From Terriglobia bacterium (lineage in GTDB: Bacteria > Acidobacteriota > Terriglobia > JAJPHL01 > JAPKYU01): DNA of 64,000 nt. The first letter of the stretch is position 1. Each line of letters opens with the position of its first letter. A model generated the notes under the pieces. It was not told the DNA's origin. It saw nothing but the letters and a program-made list of their open reading frames with translations, and did not search any database. Positions 1-7,832 of this stretch are shown one piece after another. Made by a program: the position numbers and the translations under genes. The DNA lies in contig CBDBKE010000003.1 in NCBI GenBank assembly GCA_965206645.1, forward strand, positions 288,001-352,000, read 5' to 3'.

Positions 1-498
1 CGCTGCGGCTGCTGACCTTGCTGGATGAGTACACGCGGGAATGCCTGGCGATCCGGGTGGAGCGGAGGATGGGCAGCCAACAAATCATTGAGGCGTTGTC
101 GGACGTGATGTTGTGGCGAGGGATACCGGAACAGATTCGATCCGACAATGGTCCCGAGTTCATCGCCAAACAACTGCGCCAGTGGTTGGCAAATCTAGGG
201 ACCGGGACACTGTACATCGAACCGGGCAGTCCCTGGGAGAACGGGTACTGCGAGAGTTTCAATGGGAAGCTGCGGGACGAATGCCTGAATGGAGAGATCT
301 TCTACTCGTTGAAGGAGGCACAGGTGCTGATTGAACAGTGGAGGGTGCAATACAACACGGTGCGGCCGCACTCGGCGCTCGGCTATAGGCCCCCGGCGCC
401 GGGGGCTTATAGCCATCCCCTGCCACTGAAACCAGTTTCACAGCCCCAGGCTGCGATGTGAACTCTCACTACGGTTGGTACAAAAATCGGTCTGGTCA
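1..498 (+). mobile_element. IS3-family element type A, copy 1 (3' part; runs off the window start)
   Basis: rve integrase core (IRSDNGPEF, WENGYCESFNGKLRDE). The right terminal IR ends GTACAAAAATCGGTCTGGTCA at 498. Near-identical to 12511-13008. Confidence 0.95.
18..461 (+). CDS. IS3-family transposase OrfB, C-terminal part
   Basis: DDE/rve motifs; partial at the window edge. Confidence 0.9.
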   Translation: MLDEYTRECLAIRVERRMGSQQIIEALSDVMLWRGIPEQIRSDNGPEFIAKQLRQWLANLGTGTLYIEPGSPWENGYCESFNGKLRDECLNGEIFYSLKEAQVLIEQWRVQYNTVRPHSALGYRPPAPGAYSHPLPLKPVSQPQAAM

Positions 499-646
499 CT
501 ACCACATCGGTGTTCCCCTGTCGCTCTGGGATGGCTTGCTTGAGGTGTGCGAGTGGGCATTACTGCAGGACGACTGGAAAGACCTCTCCGCCGGTGCCTG
601 CTCTTGCCTGCCGTCCCTCGATGTTGGCGCCGTGGACGTGTCCTTA

Positions 647-982
647 TCAGTTGCTTGCCAGGACGCGTCCCACCGCTTTTTTCACCGCTTCGCCATCTCG
701 TCTCGACAACGTCCCGAGCTTACGGACAACCAGAGCGTCATCGAGGGTGAAGAGCTTAAAACGGACCTTGCAGGGAACGTTGAGACCAGCTTCCCGCCAG
801 CCCTGAATCGCTACGTCGCTCGGCCAATCGCTCCCGGCAGAGGTGATCATAGCCAGGATCGATTGTTCATGAGCTCGATTGAAGTTTGCCGATGAGATGA
901 TCAAGGCCGGTCGACGCTTGGCGGCCTGGCGATCCGTGAAAGGAAAGGGGACGACGACCACATCAAGCGACTCAAAGGTCAC
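647..982 (-). CDS. Type II toxin, PemK/MazF family endoribonuclease
   Basis: DVVVVPFPFTD...KRRPALIIS...AMITS motif; overlaps the upstream antitoxin. Confidence 0.9.
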   Translation of the reverse strand: MTFESLDVVVVPFPFTDRQAAKRRPALIISSANFNRAHEQSILAMITSAGSDWPSDVAIQGWREAGLNVPCKVRFKLFTLDDALVVRKLGTLSRRDGEAVKKAVGRVLASN

Positions 983-1196
983 GCCACGCTTCCTCGTCCT
1001 CGGGCGAGATCCATTCGCTCAGAACCTCGGAGAGGCCCTGCAGGTAGTCGTCCTGCCCCGGCATCACCTTGCGTACTACCAGATGATTACCCTTGATCTC
1101 GAAAGCGATCACATCACCCGCGCCCAGGTTGGCCGCCTCACGGATGCTCTTGGGGATCGTCGTCTGCCCACGTGCGGTGATTTTAGCGAGTTCCAT
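972..1196 (-). CDS. AbrB/MazE/SpoVT-family antitoxin
   Basis: AKITARGQTTIPKSIREA motif, acidic C-terminus EW.SPEDEEAWRDL, 74 aa. Confidence 0.9.
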   Translation of the reverse strand: MELAKITARGQTTIPKSIREAANLGAGDVIAFEIKGNHLVVRKVMPGQDDYLQGLSEVLSEWISPEDEEAWRDL

Positions 1197-1199
1197 TTG

Positions 1200-1236
1200 C
1201 TTACTTCACTGATATTCTGATCATACAGATAGTAAG
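1200..1236. promoter_or_regulatory. Possible TA autorepression operator
   Basis: CTTACT...AGTAAG inverted repeat in AT-rich DNA directly upstream of the antitoxin start. Confidence 0.35.
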
Positions 1237-1439
1237 ATAGAACAGAACTGAACGCAATCCCATTTTGGCTGTACAAAGCGGGCCTGGAGGTGACGCGGCA
1301 GGGCCCAGCATTGCTTCACCGCGTCCGATCCGCAGAGCGGTGGCCAGTGGCGACTGAAAGGAACCATCTATGAGCAAGACTTCCAACGGCCCGAGGGGCA
1401 TGGGAGGATAGGCAACGAAATTGAGAGAAAGCCTGAGCA

Positions 1440-1622
1440 GGGGGCCGTTCGGCCGTCAGCCATTGCAACAACAAACGGGCGGCCTCTGCCTGCCTCGCAT
1501 CGTCATCCACCAGATAGCGGACTGGGACGTTGGTATCCAGCGCGATCACTCTTCGCACGCTCCCTCGGCAACGGCCCGTTCCAAGTCCTCCAGCGTCACG
1601 GGCGGACCGTCATGTTTCAATG
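1440..1622 (-). pseudogene. Relic second TA pair: antitoxin C-terminus (1546-1622) plus truncated PIN/VapC toxin (from GTG 1549)
   Basis: LKHDGPPVTLEDLERAVAEGACEE* overlaps (M)IALDTNVPVRYLVDDD. The PIN similarity ends after about 35 aa, and the antitoxin 5' end is cut by the IS at 1623. Confidence 0.7.
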
Positions 1623-2607
1623 GGCGTTGTTGCGTAATTCGCGCTCGCGGCGAACCGGGCCGAGAAGCTCATCCGCCTCAGTACACGCGCTCCGATCGTG
1701 GCATTCCAAGCTCCGCCATCCGGTTCAGCACAGCGCACTTGATCGCGGCTTCGACTGCTTGGTTCTTGACCGTGCGGGCCGAGAGGCTTACCCCGAGTAT
1801 CGCCTTGTACCGTGAGACCGCATTCTCCGCCACGCTCTGGCGAGTGCAGCCACTCGACTTCCGCCACTCATAACGGCCCTGCGTCCTAATACGCCGGAGA
1901 TGGGTATCACGCATCGCACGCCACGGAGGCGGATGAGAGTCTCGGCTGCATCGTGCATTGCGTCGCGGCAAGATCGTCACGATAGCGTCGTGCTGGAGCA
2001 CGGCCTCGTAGCAGGAACCCGTGTCGTAGGCCCGGTCTGCGGAGACTTGCCCGATCGAACCAGGAGTCTTAGACAGCAACGAAGAGAGCCTTCGGGCGTC
2101 GTGGACGTTGCTCGCAGTCAGGTCCATCGCAACGATCTCTTTCGTCGTCTCATCGACGCCTAGGTGGAGCTTTCGCCATGTCCTACGGCGGAGGGTTCGG
2201 TGTTTTCTGATGTGCCACTCACCGGCTCCGTAGATCTTCAGGCCCGTCGAATCGATGACGACATGTCGTGGTCGATCCGTGGGCCCTACACTCAGTCGGA
2301 CGTCGACGGCGCTTTGCCTTCGGCTCACCGTGCTGTAGTTGGGCACTGGGAGGTCGAGAGCCATGAGCGCCACGATGGATTGAAGGAACCCTTGAGTGGT
2401 CCGTAGGTTGAGGTGAAACACCGAATTCAGGACCAGCGCACATTGGATCGCCGCATCTGCGTAGACCTTGGGCCGGCCTCGCCCTTCGAAGGGTCCTGGA
2501 TGACGCCAGGCAGCGACTGCCTCCGTGTCGAACCACAGTGTCAGCTGCCCACGTTTCACCAGAGCCCGGTTGTACTCCTGACCTGCCGGCTTTCTTCGGA
2601 CCACCGA

Positions 2608-3531
2608 TTACTGGAGAACAGCGCCAGTCGGCATGGTTAAGTCGCTCTCGTGTTCTTCTTGGTCAGCGTGAGCCGGCATCGCCGGCGAGCGCCCACCGTC
2701 ATCCGAGCCAGCACGGAGCTGCGCTTTGAACTCGGCTGGCGTCAGATAGCCAAGGCTTGAGTGCGGTCGCACGTCGTTGTAGTGCCGTCGCCATTGCTCG
2801 ATCCCCACCTTCGCGTCCACGCGGTTCCGAAACCACTGCAGGCTCAGATACTCGTCGCGGAACTTCCCGTTGAACGATTCGTCGGTCGCATTCTGCCACG
2901 GCTTGCCCGGCTCGATGAGCGCGGTTTCGATCTGCGCCTGGAGCAGCCACCGGAGAATCGCACCCGCAACAAACTCGGGGCCGTTGTCGGACCGGAGGTA
3001 ACGTGGGGCTCCGTGGACGCTCACGAGCTGCGTGAGCACCTCGATAACGCGCCCGGACCGAATGCCGCCGGCCACGTCGATCGCGAGTGACTCGCGGGTC
3101 CATTCGTCGACGACGGTGAGGCACTTGAGCGTCTGCCCATTCGCGCAGGTGTCGAACACGAAGTCGTACGCCCAGACGTGATTGACCGCAGTGGCGGGCA
3201 CCGGGCGGGGCCGGCTCAGGGCGACCCGGCGCCGCGGCCGCCGCCGAGGCACCTGCAACCCCGCCTGGCGCCAGAGGCGATGGGTCCGGTCCGTGCTCAT
3301 CGTGTGCCCTTCGCGTTTTAGGAAAATCCGAATCCGGCGATAGCCGTACCGCGGATACTGCGCCGCCAGACGACGCATCGCGGCCAGCGCCGGGGCATCC
3401 CGGTCGACCAGCCGCGACTGGTAGCCCAGCGTGGACCGTGCGACGGAGAGCAAGGCGCACGCGCGGCGACCCGACAGACCGCGTGCACGTGCATACGCGA
3501 CCTGCGGCCGGCGCACGCGTGCGCCTACCAT
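2608..3531 (-). CDS. IS3 transposase OrfB
   Basis: YPRYGYRRI, WAYDFVFD and LRSDNGPEF motifs. Confidence 0.9.
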   Translation of the reverse strand: MVGARVRRPQVAYARARGLSGRRACALLSVARSTLGYQSRLVDRDAPALAAMRRLAAQYPRYGYRRIRIFLKREGHTMSTDRTHRLWRQAGLQVPRRRPRRRVALSRPRPVPATAVNHVWAYDFVFDTCANGQTLKCLTVVDEWTRESLAIDVAGGIRSGRVIEVLTQLVSVHGAPRYLRSDNGPEFVAGAILRWLLQAQIETALIEPGKPWQNATDESFNGKFRDEYLSLQWFRNRVDAKVGIEQWRRHYNDVRPHSSLGYLTPAEFKAQLRAGSDDGGRSPAMPAHADQEEHESDLTMPTGAVLQ

Positions 3532-3788
3532 TTTTTTCGGGTGATCTCCTTGAGCACGTCGATCTCCAGATCTCGATCGGCCACCATCTTTTTCAGCCGG
3601 CCGTTCTCCTGCTCGAGCTGCCGCAGCCGCTTCACATCGGCGGGCTCCAACGTGCCGAAGTGTTTCCGCCAGGCGTAGAGCGTCTGGGCGCTGACGCCGT
3701 TCTTTTTGGCCACCTCCGGAACGGGCCGCTGATCGGCCTCGCGGAGGATCGTCACCATCTGCTCTTCGGTAAACCGGGTCTTCTTCAT
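3525..3788 (-). CDS. IS3 transposase OrfA (HTH)
   Basis: MKKTRFTEEQ...RLRQLEQENGRLKK. Confidence 0.9.
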   Translation of the reverse strand: MKKTRFTEEQMVTILREADQRPVPEVAKKNGVSAQTLYAWRKHFGTLEPADVKRLRQLEQENGRLKKMVADRDLEIDVLKEITRKKW

Positions 3789-4041
3789 GGCTCCCTCGTT
3801 TCTCCGAGGGCGCCATTCTCTCAGGCTTCAGCTGGTCCGGAAATCGCCAGGCAGGTCACTCCGGCCAGTTGCGAACCTTATATCGGAAGGTGTAGTCGCT
3901 TTTGCCCATCCCCTAGCCTATCAGGGGGGAGAGCGTTGGGGATGGAGTCAGATTTCTGCAACAACGCCGGCCAGCAAAGCAAACAAAGCAATTTTCATAA
4001 TTGGAATCTCCTCAGAGAAACGCGCTGAGCCACGGCGAGAC

Positions 4042-6903
4042 CTACTTGCCCTTCAGTTGCTCCCAGGTCTTCGGTCGCCATTCCCGCGCCAATCGCTGGG
4101 CCTCGGCGACTTGTGAAGCAGTCATCTTCTCTGCCAGTTTGTCCCTCGCTACTCGGTAATCCTCTGCTTTCCTTGTAGTAGTCCGTGAGGCCGCCAAGTT
4201 AACCCACTTGTGGGCTTGGACGTAGTCCTGGGGTACGCCATCCCCGTTGGCGTACATGAAACCGAGGTTGTGTTGGGCACTAGCGTCGCCCTGCTCGGCG
4301 GCCTTGCGATACCAACCCACGGCCTCTTGGTAGTCTTGGGGCACGCCCTCGCCTTTGTCGTACATGACACCGAGGTTGTATTGGGCAGCAGCGTCGCCCT
4401 GCTCGGCAGCTTTGCGATACCAACTCCTGGCCTCGGCATCGTTCTCCGGTACGCCCTCGCCTTTGTCGTACATGACACCGAGGCTGAATTGGGCACCAGC
4501 GTCGCCCTGCTCGGCGGCCTTGCGATACCACTTCACAGCCTCAGCATCGTTTTCCGGCACGCCATCCCCGTTGGCGTACATGAAACCGAGGTTGAATTGG
4601 GCACCGGCGGTCCCCTGTTCGGCGGCGAGCCGAAACCACTTCACAGCCTCGGCATCGTTCTCCGCCACACCCGTACCATCGGCGTACATGACACCAAGGT
4701 TGAGCTGAGCGCGGGCTACTCCCTGCTCAGCGGCCATCCGGTACCACTTCACAGCCTCAGCATCGTTTTCCGGCACGCCATCCCCGTTGGCGTACATGAA
4801 ACCGAGGTTGAATTGGGCACCGGCGGTCCCCTGTTCGGCGGCGAGCCGAAACCACTTCACAGCCTCGGCATCGTTCTCCGCCACACCCTCACCGTCGGCG
4901 TATATGGCACCGAGGAAGTATTGGGCACCGGCGTGACCTTGTTCGGCGGCGAGCCGATACCACTTCACAGCCTCAGCATCGTTTTCCGGTACGCCCTCGC
5001 CGTTGTCGTACATGAGACCGAGGCTGAATTGGGCACCGGCGTCGCCCTGCTCGGCGGCCTTGCGAAACCACTTCACAGCCTCGGCATCGTTCTCCGCCAC
5101 ACCCTCACCGTCGGCGTATATGGCACCGAGGAAGTATTGGGCATTGGCGTGACCCTGCTCGGCGGCGAGCCGATACCACTTCACAACCTCAGCATCGTTT
5201 TCCGGCACGCCATCCCCGTTGGCGTACATGAAACCGAGGTTGAGCTGAGCGCGGGCTACTCCCTGCTCAGCGGCCATCCGGTACCACTTCACGGCCTCGG
5301 CATCGTTTTCCGGCACGCCCTCGCCGTTGGCGTACATGGCACCGAGGAAGTATTGGGCATTGGCGTGACCCTGCTCGGCGGCGAGCCGATACCACTTCAC
5401 AGCCTCAGCATCGTTTTCCGGCACGCCATCCCCGTTGGCGTACATGAAACCGAGGTTGAGCTGAGCGCGGGCTACTCCCTGCTCAGCGGCCATCCGGTAC
5501 CACTTCACGGCCTCGGCATCGTTTTCCGGCACGCCCTCGCCGTTGGCGTACATGGCACCGAGGAAGTATTGGGCATTGGCGTGACCCTGCTCGGCGGCGA
5601 GCCGAAACCACTTCACAGCCTCAGCATCGTTTTCCGGTACGCCCTCGCCTCTGGCGTACCGGAGGCCGAGTAAGAATTGGGCATTGGCGTGACCTTGTTC
5701 GGCGGCGAGCCGATACCACTTCACAGCCTCGGCATCGTTTTCCGGCACACCCTCGCCTCTGGCGTACCGGAGGCCGAGTAAGAATTGGGCACCGGCGTGA
5801 CCTTGTTCGGCGGCGAGCCGATACCACTTCACAGCCTCGGCATCGTTTTCCGGCACACCCTCGCCTCTGGTGTGCATGACACCGAGTCTGGCTTGGGCCG
5901 TAGCGTTCCCCTGCTCAGCGGCCATCCGGTACCACTTTGCGGCCTCGGCATTGTCCTGCGGCACACCCGCACCATCGGCGTACATGACACCAAGGTTGAG
6001 CTGAGCGCGGGCTACTCCCTGCTCAGCGGCCATCCGGTACCACTTCACGGCCTCGGCATCGTTTTCCGGCACGCCCTCGCCGTTGGCGTACATGGCACCG
6101 AGGAAGTATTGGGCATTGGCGTGACCCTGCTCGGCGGCGAGCCGATACCACTTCACAGCCTCAGCATCGTCTTCCGGCACGCCCTCGCCGTTGGCGTACA
6201 TGGCACCGAGGAAGTATTGGGCATTGGCGTGACCTTGTTCGGCGGCGAGCCGATACCACTTCACAGCCTCGGCATCGTTTTCCGGCACACCCTCGCCTCT
6301 GGCGTACCGGAGGCCGAGTAAGAATTGGGCACCGGCGTGACCTTGTTCGGCGGCGAGCCGATACCACTTCACAGCCTCGGCATCGTTTTCCGGCACGCCC
6401 TCGCCGTTGGCGTACATGGCACCGAGGAAGTATTGGGCATTGGCGTGACCTTGTTCGGCGGCGAGCCGATACCACTTCACAGCCTCGGCATCGTTTTCCG
6501 GCGCACCCTCGCCTCTGGTGTGCATGACACCGAGTCTGGCTTGGGCCGTAGCGTTCCCCTGCTCAGCGGCGAGCCGATACCACTTCACGGCCTCGGCATC
6601 GTTTTCCGGCACGCCCTCGCCGTTGGCGTACATGGCACCGAGGAAGTATTGGGCATTGGCGTGACCCTGCTCGGCGGCGAGCCGATACCACTTCACAGCC
6701 TCAGCATCGTTTTCCGGTGCGCCCTCGCCGTTGGCGTACCGGAGGCCGAGTAAGAATTGGGCATCGGCGTCACCCTGATCGGCGCGGCGGCGGATTTCCG
6801 TGAGCGGGTCCGGGTCCTGCCCGAGCGCCCAAGGCGCGATTAGCGTCAACGCCAGCACGGAAAGGGCAAGAACCGCCGTCTGTCTCCTTTTTGCCCGTTT
6901 CAT
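4042..6903 (-). CDS. Secreted Sel1-like repeat (SLR) protein, 24 repeats
   Basis: Signal peptide followed by 24 x 36-aa units (AQxxLGxxYxxGxGVPENDAEAVKWYRxAAEQG) and a typical SLR C-cap (MTASQVAEAQRLAREW). Confidence 0.95.
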   Translation of the reverse strand: MKRAKRRQTAVLALSVLALTLIAPWALGQDPDPLTEIRRRADQGDADAQFLLGLRYANGEGAPENDAEAVKWYRLAAEQGHANAQYFLGAMYANGEGVPENDAEAVKWYRLAAEQGNATAQARLGVMHTRGEGAPENDAEAVKWYRLAAEQGHANAQYFLGAMYANGEGVPENDAEAVKWYRLAAEQGHAGAQFLLGLRYARGEGVPENDAEAVKWYRLAAEQGHANAQYFLGAMYANGEGVPEDDAEAVKWYRLAAEQGHANAQYFLGAMYANGEGVPENDAEAVKWYRMAAEQGVARAQLNLGVMYADGAGVPQDNAEAAKWYRMAAEQGNATAQARLGVMHTRGEGVPENDAEAVKWYRLAAEQGHAGAQFLLGLRYARGEGVPENDAEAVKWYRLAAEQGHANAQFLLGLRYARGEGVPENDAEAVKWFRLAAEQGHANAQYFLGAMYANGEGVPENDAEAVKWYRMAAEQGVARAQLNLGFMYANGDGVPENDAEAVKWYRLAAEQGHANAQYFLGAMYANGEGVPENDAEAVKWYRMAAEQGVARAQLNLGFMYANGDGVPENDAEVVKWYRLAAEQGHANAQYFLGAIYADGEGVAENDAEAVKWFRKAAEQGDAGAQFSLGLMYDNGEGVPENDAEAVKWYRLAAEQGHAGAQYFLGAIYADGEGVAENDAEAVKWFRLAAEQGTAGAQFNLGFMYANGDGVPENDAEAVKWYRMAAEQGVARAQLNLGVMYADGTGVAENDAEAVKWFRLAAEQGTAGAQFNLGFMYANGDGVPENDAEAVKWYRKAAEQGDAGAQFSLGVMYDKGEGVPENDAEARSWYRKAAEQGDAAAQYNLGVMYDKGEGVPQDYQEAVGWYRKAAEQGDASAQHNLGFMYANGDGVPQDYVQAHKWVNLAASRTTTRKAEDYRVARDKLAEKMTASQVAEAQRLAREWRPKTWEQLKGK
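4180..6771 (-). repeat. 108-bp coding tandem array, 24 units
   Basis: Exact 108-bp periodicity; many units near-identical at DNA level. Confidence 0.95.
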
Positions 6904-7079
6904 CGTTCTTCCAAATCAGTCGGCCCATTCTCCCACGCTCCCAAGGCAATAACCACACAGAAACAAGCCGGCCACAAAAGGGGGCTAAACGTCCTTGAGA
7001 GAGAACTAGCGGTTGGGGCCATAGTCTCGATCCGGCCCGAACCGCTGCTGCTGTATTTGCCGCGGATATGGTTCAGCCC

Positions 7080-7713
7080 GGTACTGTCAAGTTAGCGTTC
7101 GTCGAGCGAGCCGGTACTCGGGATCGTGATCTCAGTTCGAGTCAGGCGGCGATCGTGACTGCATCCCAAATGAGAAAAGAGCGTCCTCGTAGCTCCCGAT
7201 GATGCACCGCTCGCACCAGGTGACGGCCAACGCGGAAGAGGTTGCGGACGAGTCCATGCACGGACAAGAATCGTTGTGCCTGCCCGGGAGATTTGAACCG
7301 GCGCATTTGTCGCTCGCGTTGCCGTGTGGGCTGGTGGGAGACTTCGGCGCGATTGTTCTCGTATCGGTCCGTGCGATGGGCGACGGACGGCATGACCGCT
7401 CGGTGCGCAGCCCTGTAGCTGCTCAGCTTGTCGGTGACCAACCGCCCAGGCGTACGCTCCTGGCCCTTCAACAGCTTGCGGAAAAAGCGTGTAGCCGCCC
7501 GACAGTCGCGATGCGACTGGACGAGGATATCGATGACGTCACCATCTTGATCGACGGCACGCCAGAGATAGCGCCGCTGTCCCTGGATGGTGACGAAGAC
7601 CTCGTCCAGGTGCCAGATGTCGCCCAGCCGGCCCTGTCGACGCTTGAGCCGGCGAGCGTATACTGAACCGAACGTGAGGCACCACAGCCGGATCGCTTCG
7701 TAGGACACCGCAA
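7080..7713 (-). mobile_element. IS6-family element, 5'-truncated (transposase remnant 7142-7708)
   Basis: WHLDEVFV, YLWRAVDQDG, VTDKLSSY and NNRAEVSHQPTR motifs; terminal IR GGTACTGTCAAGTT at 7080; the N-terminal codons are missing. Confidence 0.9.
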
Positions 7714-7832
7714 GGTATTGTCAAGTTGAGGCTGACGGCTGTTTTTGATGCTCAGCATGGCGGGTTCGAGACGGGCTGGAGCGCAATATCTTGGGGGTCG
7801 ATCGACGAGCTTTTCGTCAACTTGACAATGCC
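7714..7832. mobile_element. 119-bp MITE-like element with IS6-type TIRs
   Basis: GGTATTGTCAAGTT (7714-7727) and AACTTGACAATGCC (7819-7832) are inverted and match the IS6 end at 7080. Confidence 0.7.

Larger units (their letters stand above)
2579..3858 (-). mobile_element. IS3-family element type B, copy 1 (1280 bp)
   Basis: TGACCTGCC termini, 4-bp target duplication CTCC (2575-2578 and 3859-3862), orfA/orfB with an A7 slippery site. Confidence 0.95.
1678..3909 (-). pseudogene. IS903-like DDE transposase interrupted by IS3
   Basis: Removing 2579-3862 restores MGKSDYTFRYKVRNWPE|YNRALVKRGQLTLWFD. Motifs IDSTGLK, WRKLHL and SADRAYD are present. Confidence 0.88.
1623..3968 (-). mobile_element. 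IS5-family (IS903 group) element carrying a nested IS3
   Basis: 18-bp TIRs GGCGTTGTTGCGTAATTC (1623) and GGCGTTGTTGCAGAAATC (reverse complement, ending 3968) resemble IS903 ends; no flanking target duplication. Confidence 0.85.

Noticed and set aside
2608-3816. 402-aa single transposase ORF (also 25010-26218)
   Set aside because: The N-terminal ~95 aa are an off-frame reading of orfA; the real product is probably the OrfA/OrfB frameshift fusion
4210-5673. 487-aa antisense ORF and other repeats on the plus strand
   Set aside because: Shadow of the Sel1 repeat; no independent evidence
4180-6771. CRISPR array or DGR interpretation of the conserved/variable periodic DNA
   Set aside because: The period is 108 bp in one open frame, the variable parts recur rather than being unique spacers, variation is not adenine-specific, and no cas or reverse transcriptase gene is in the window
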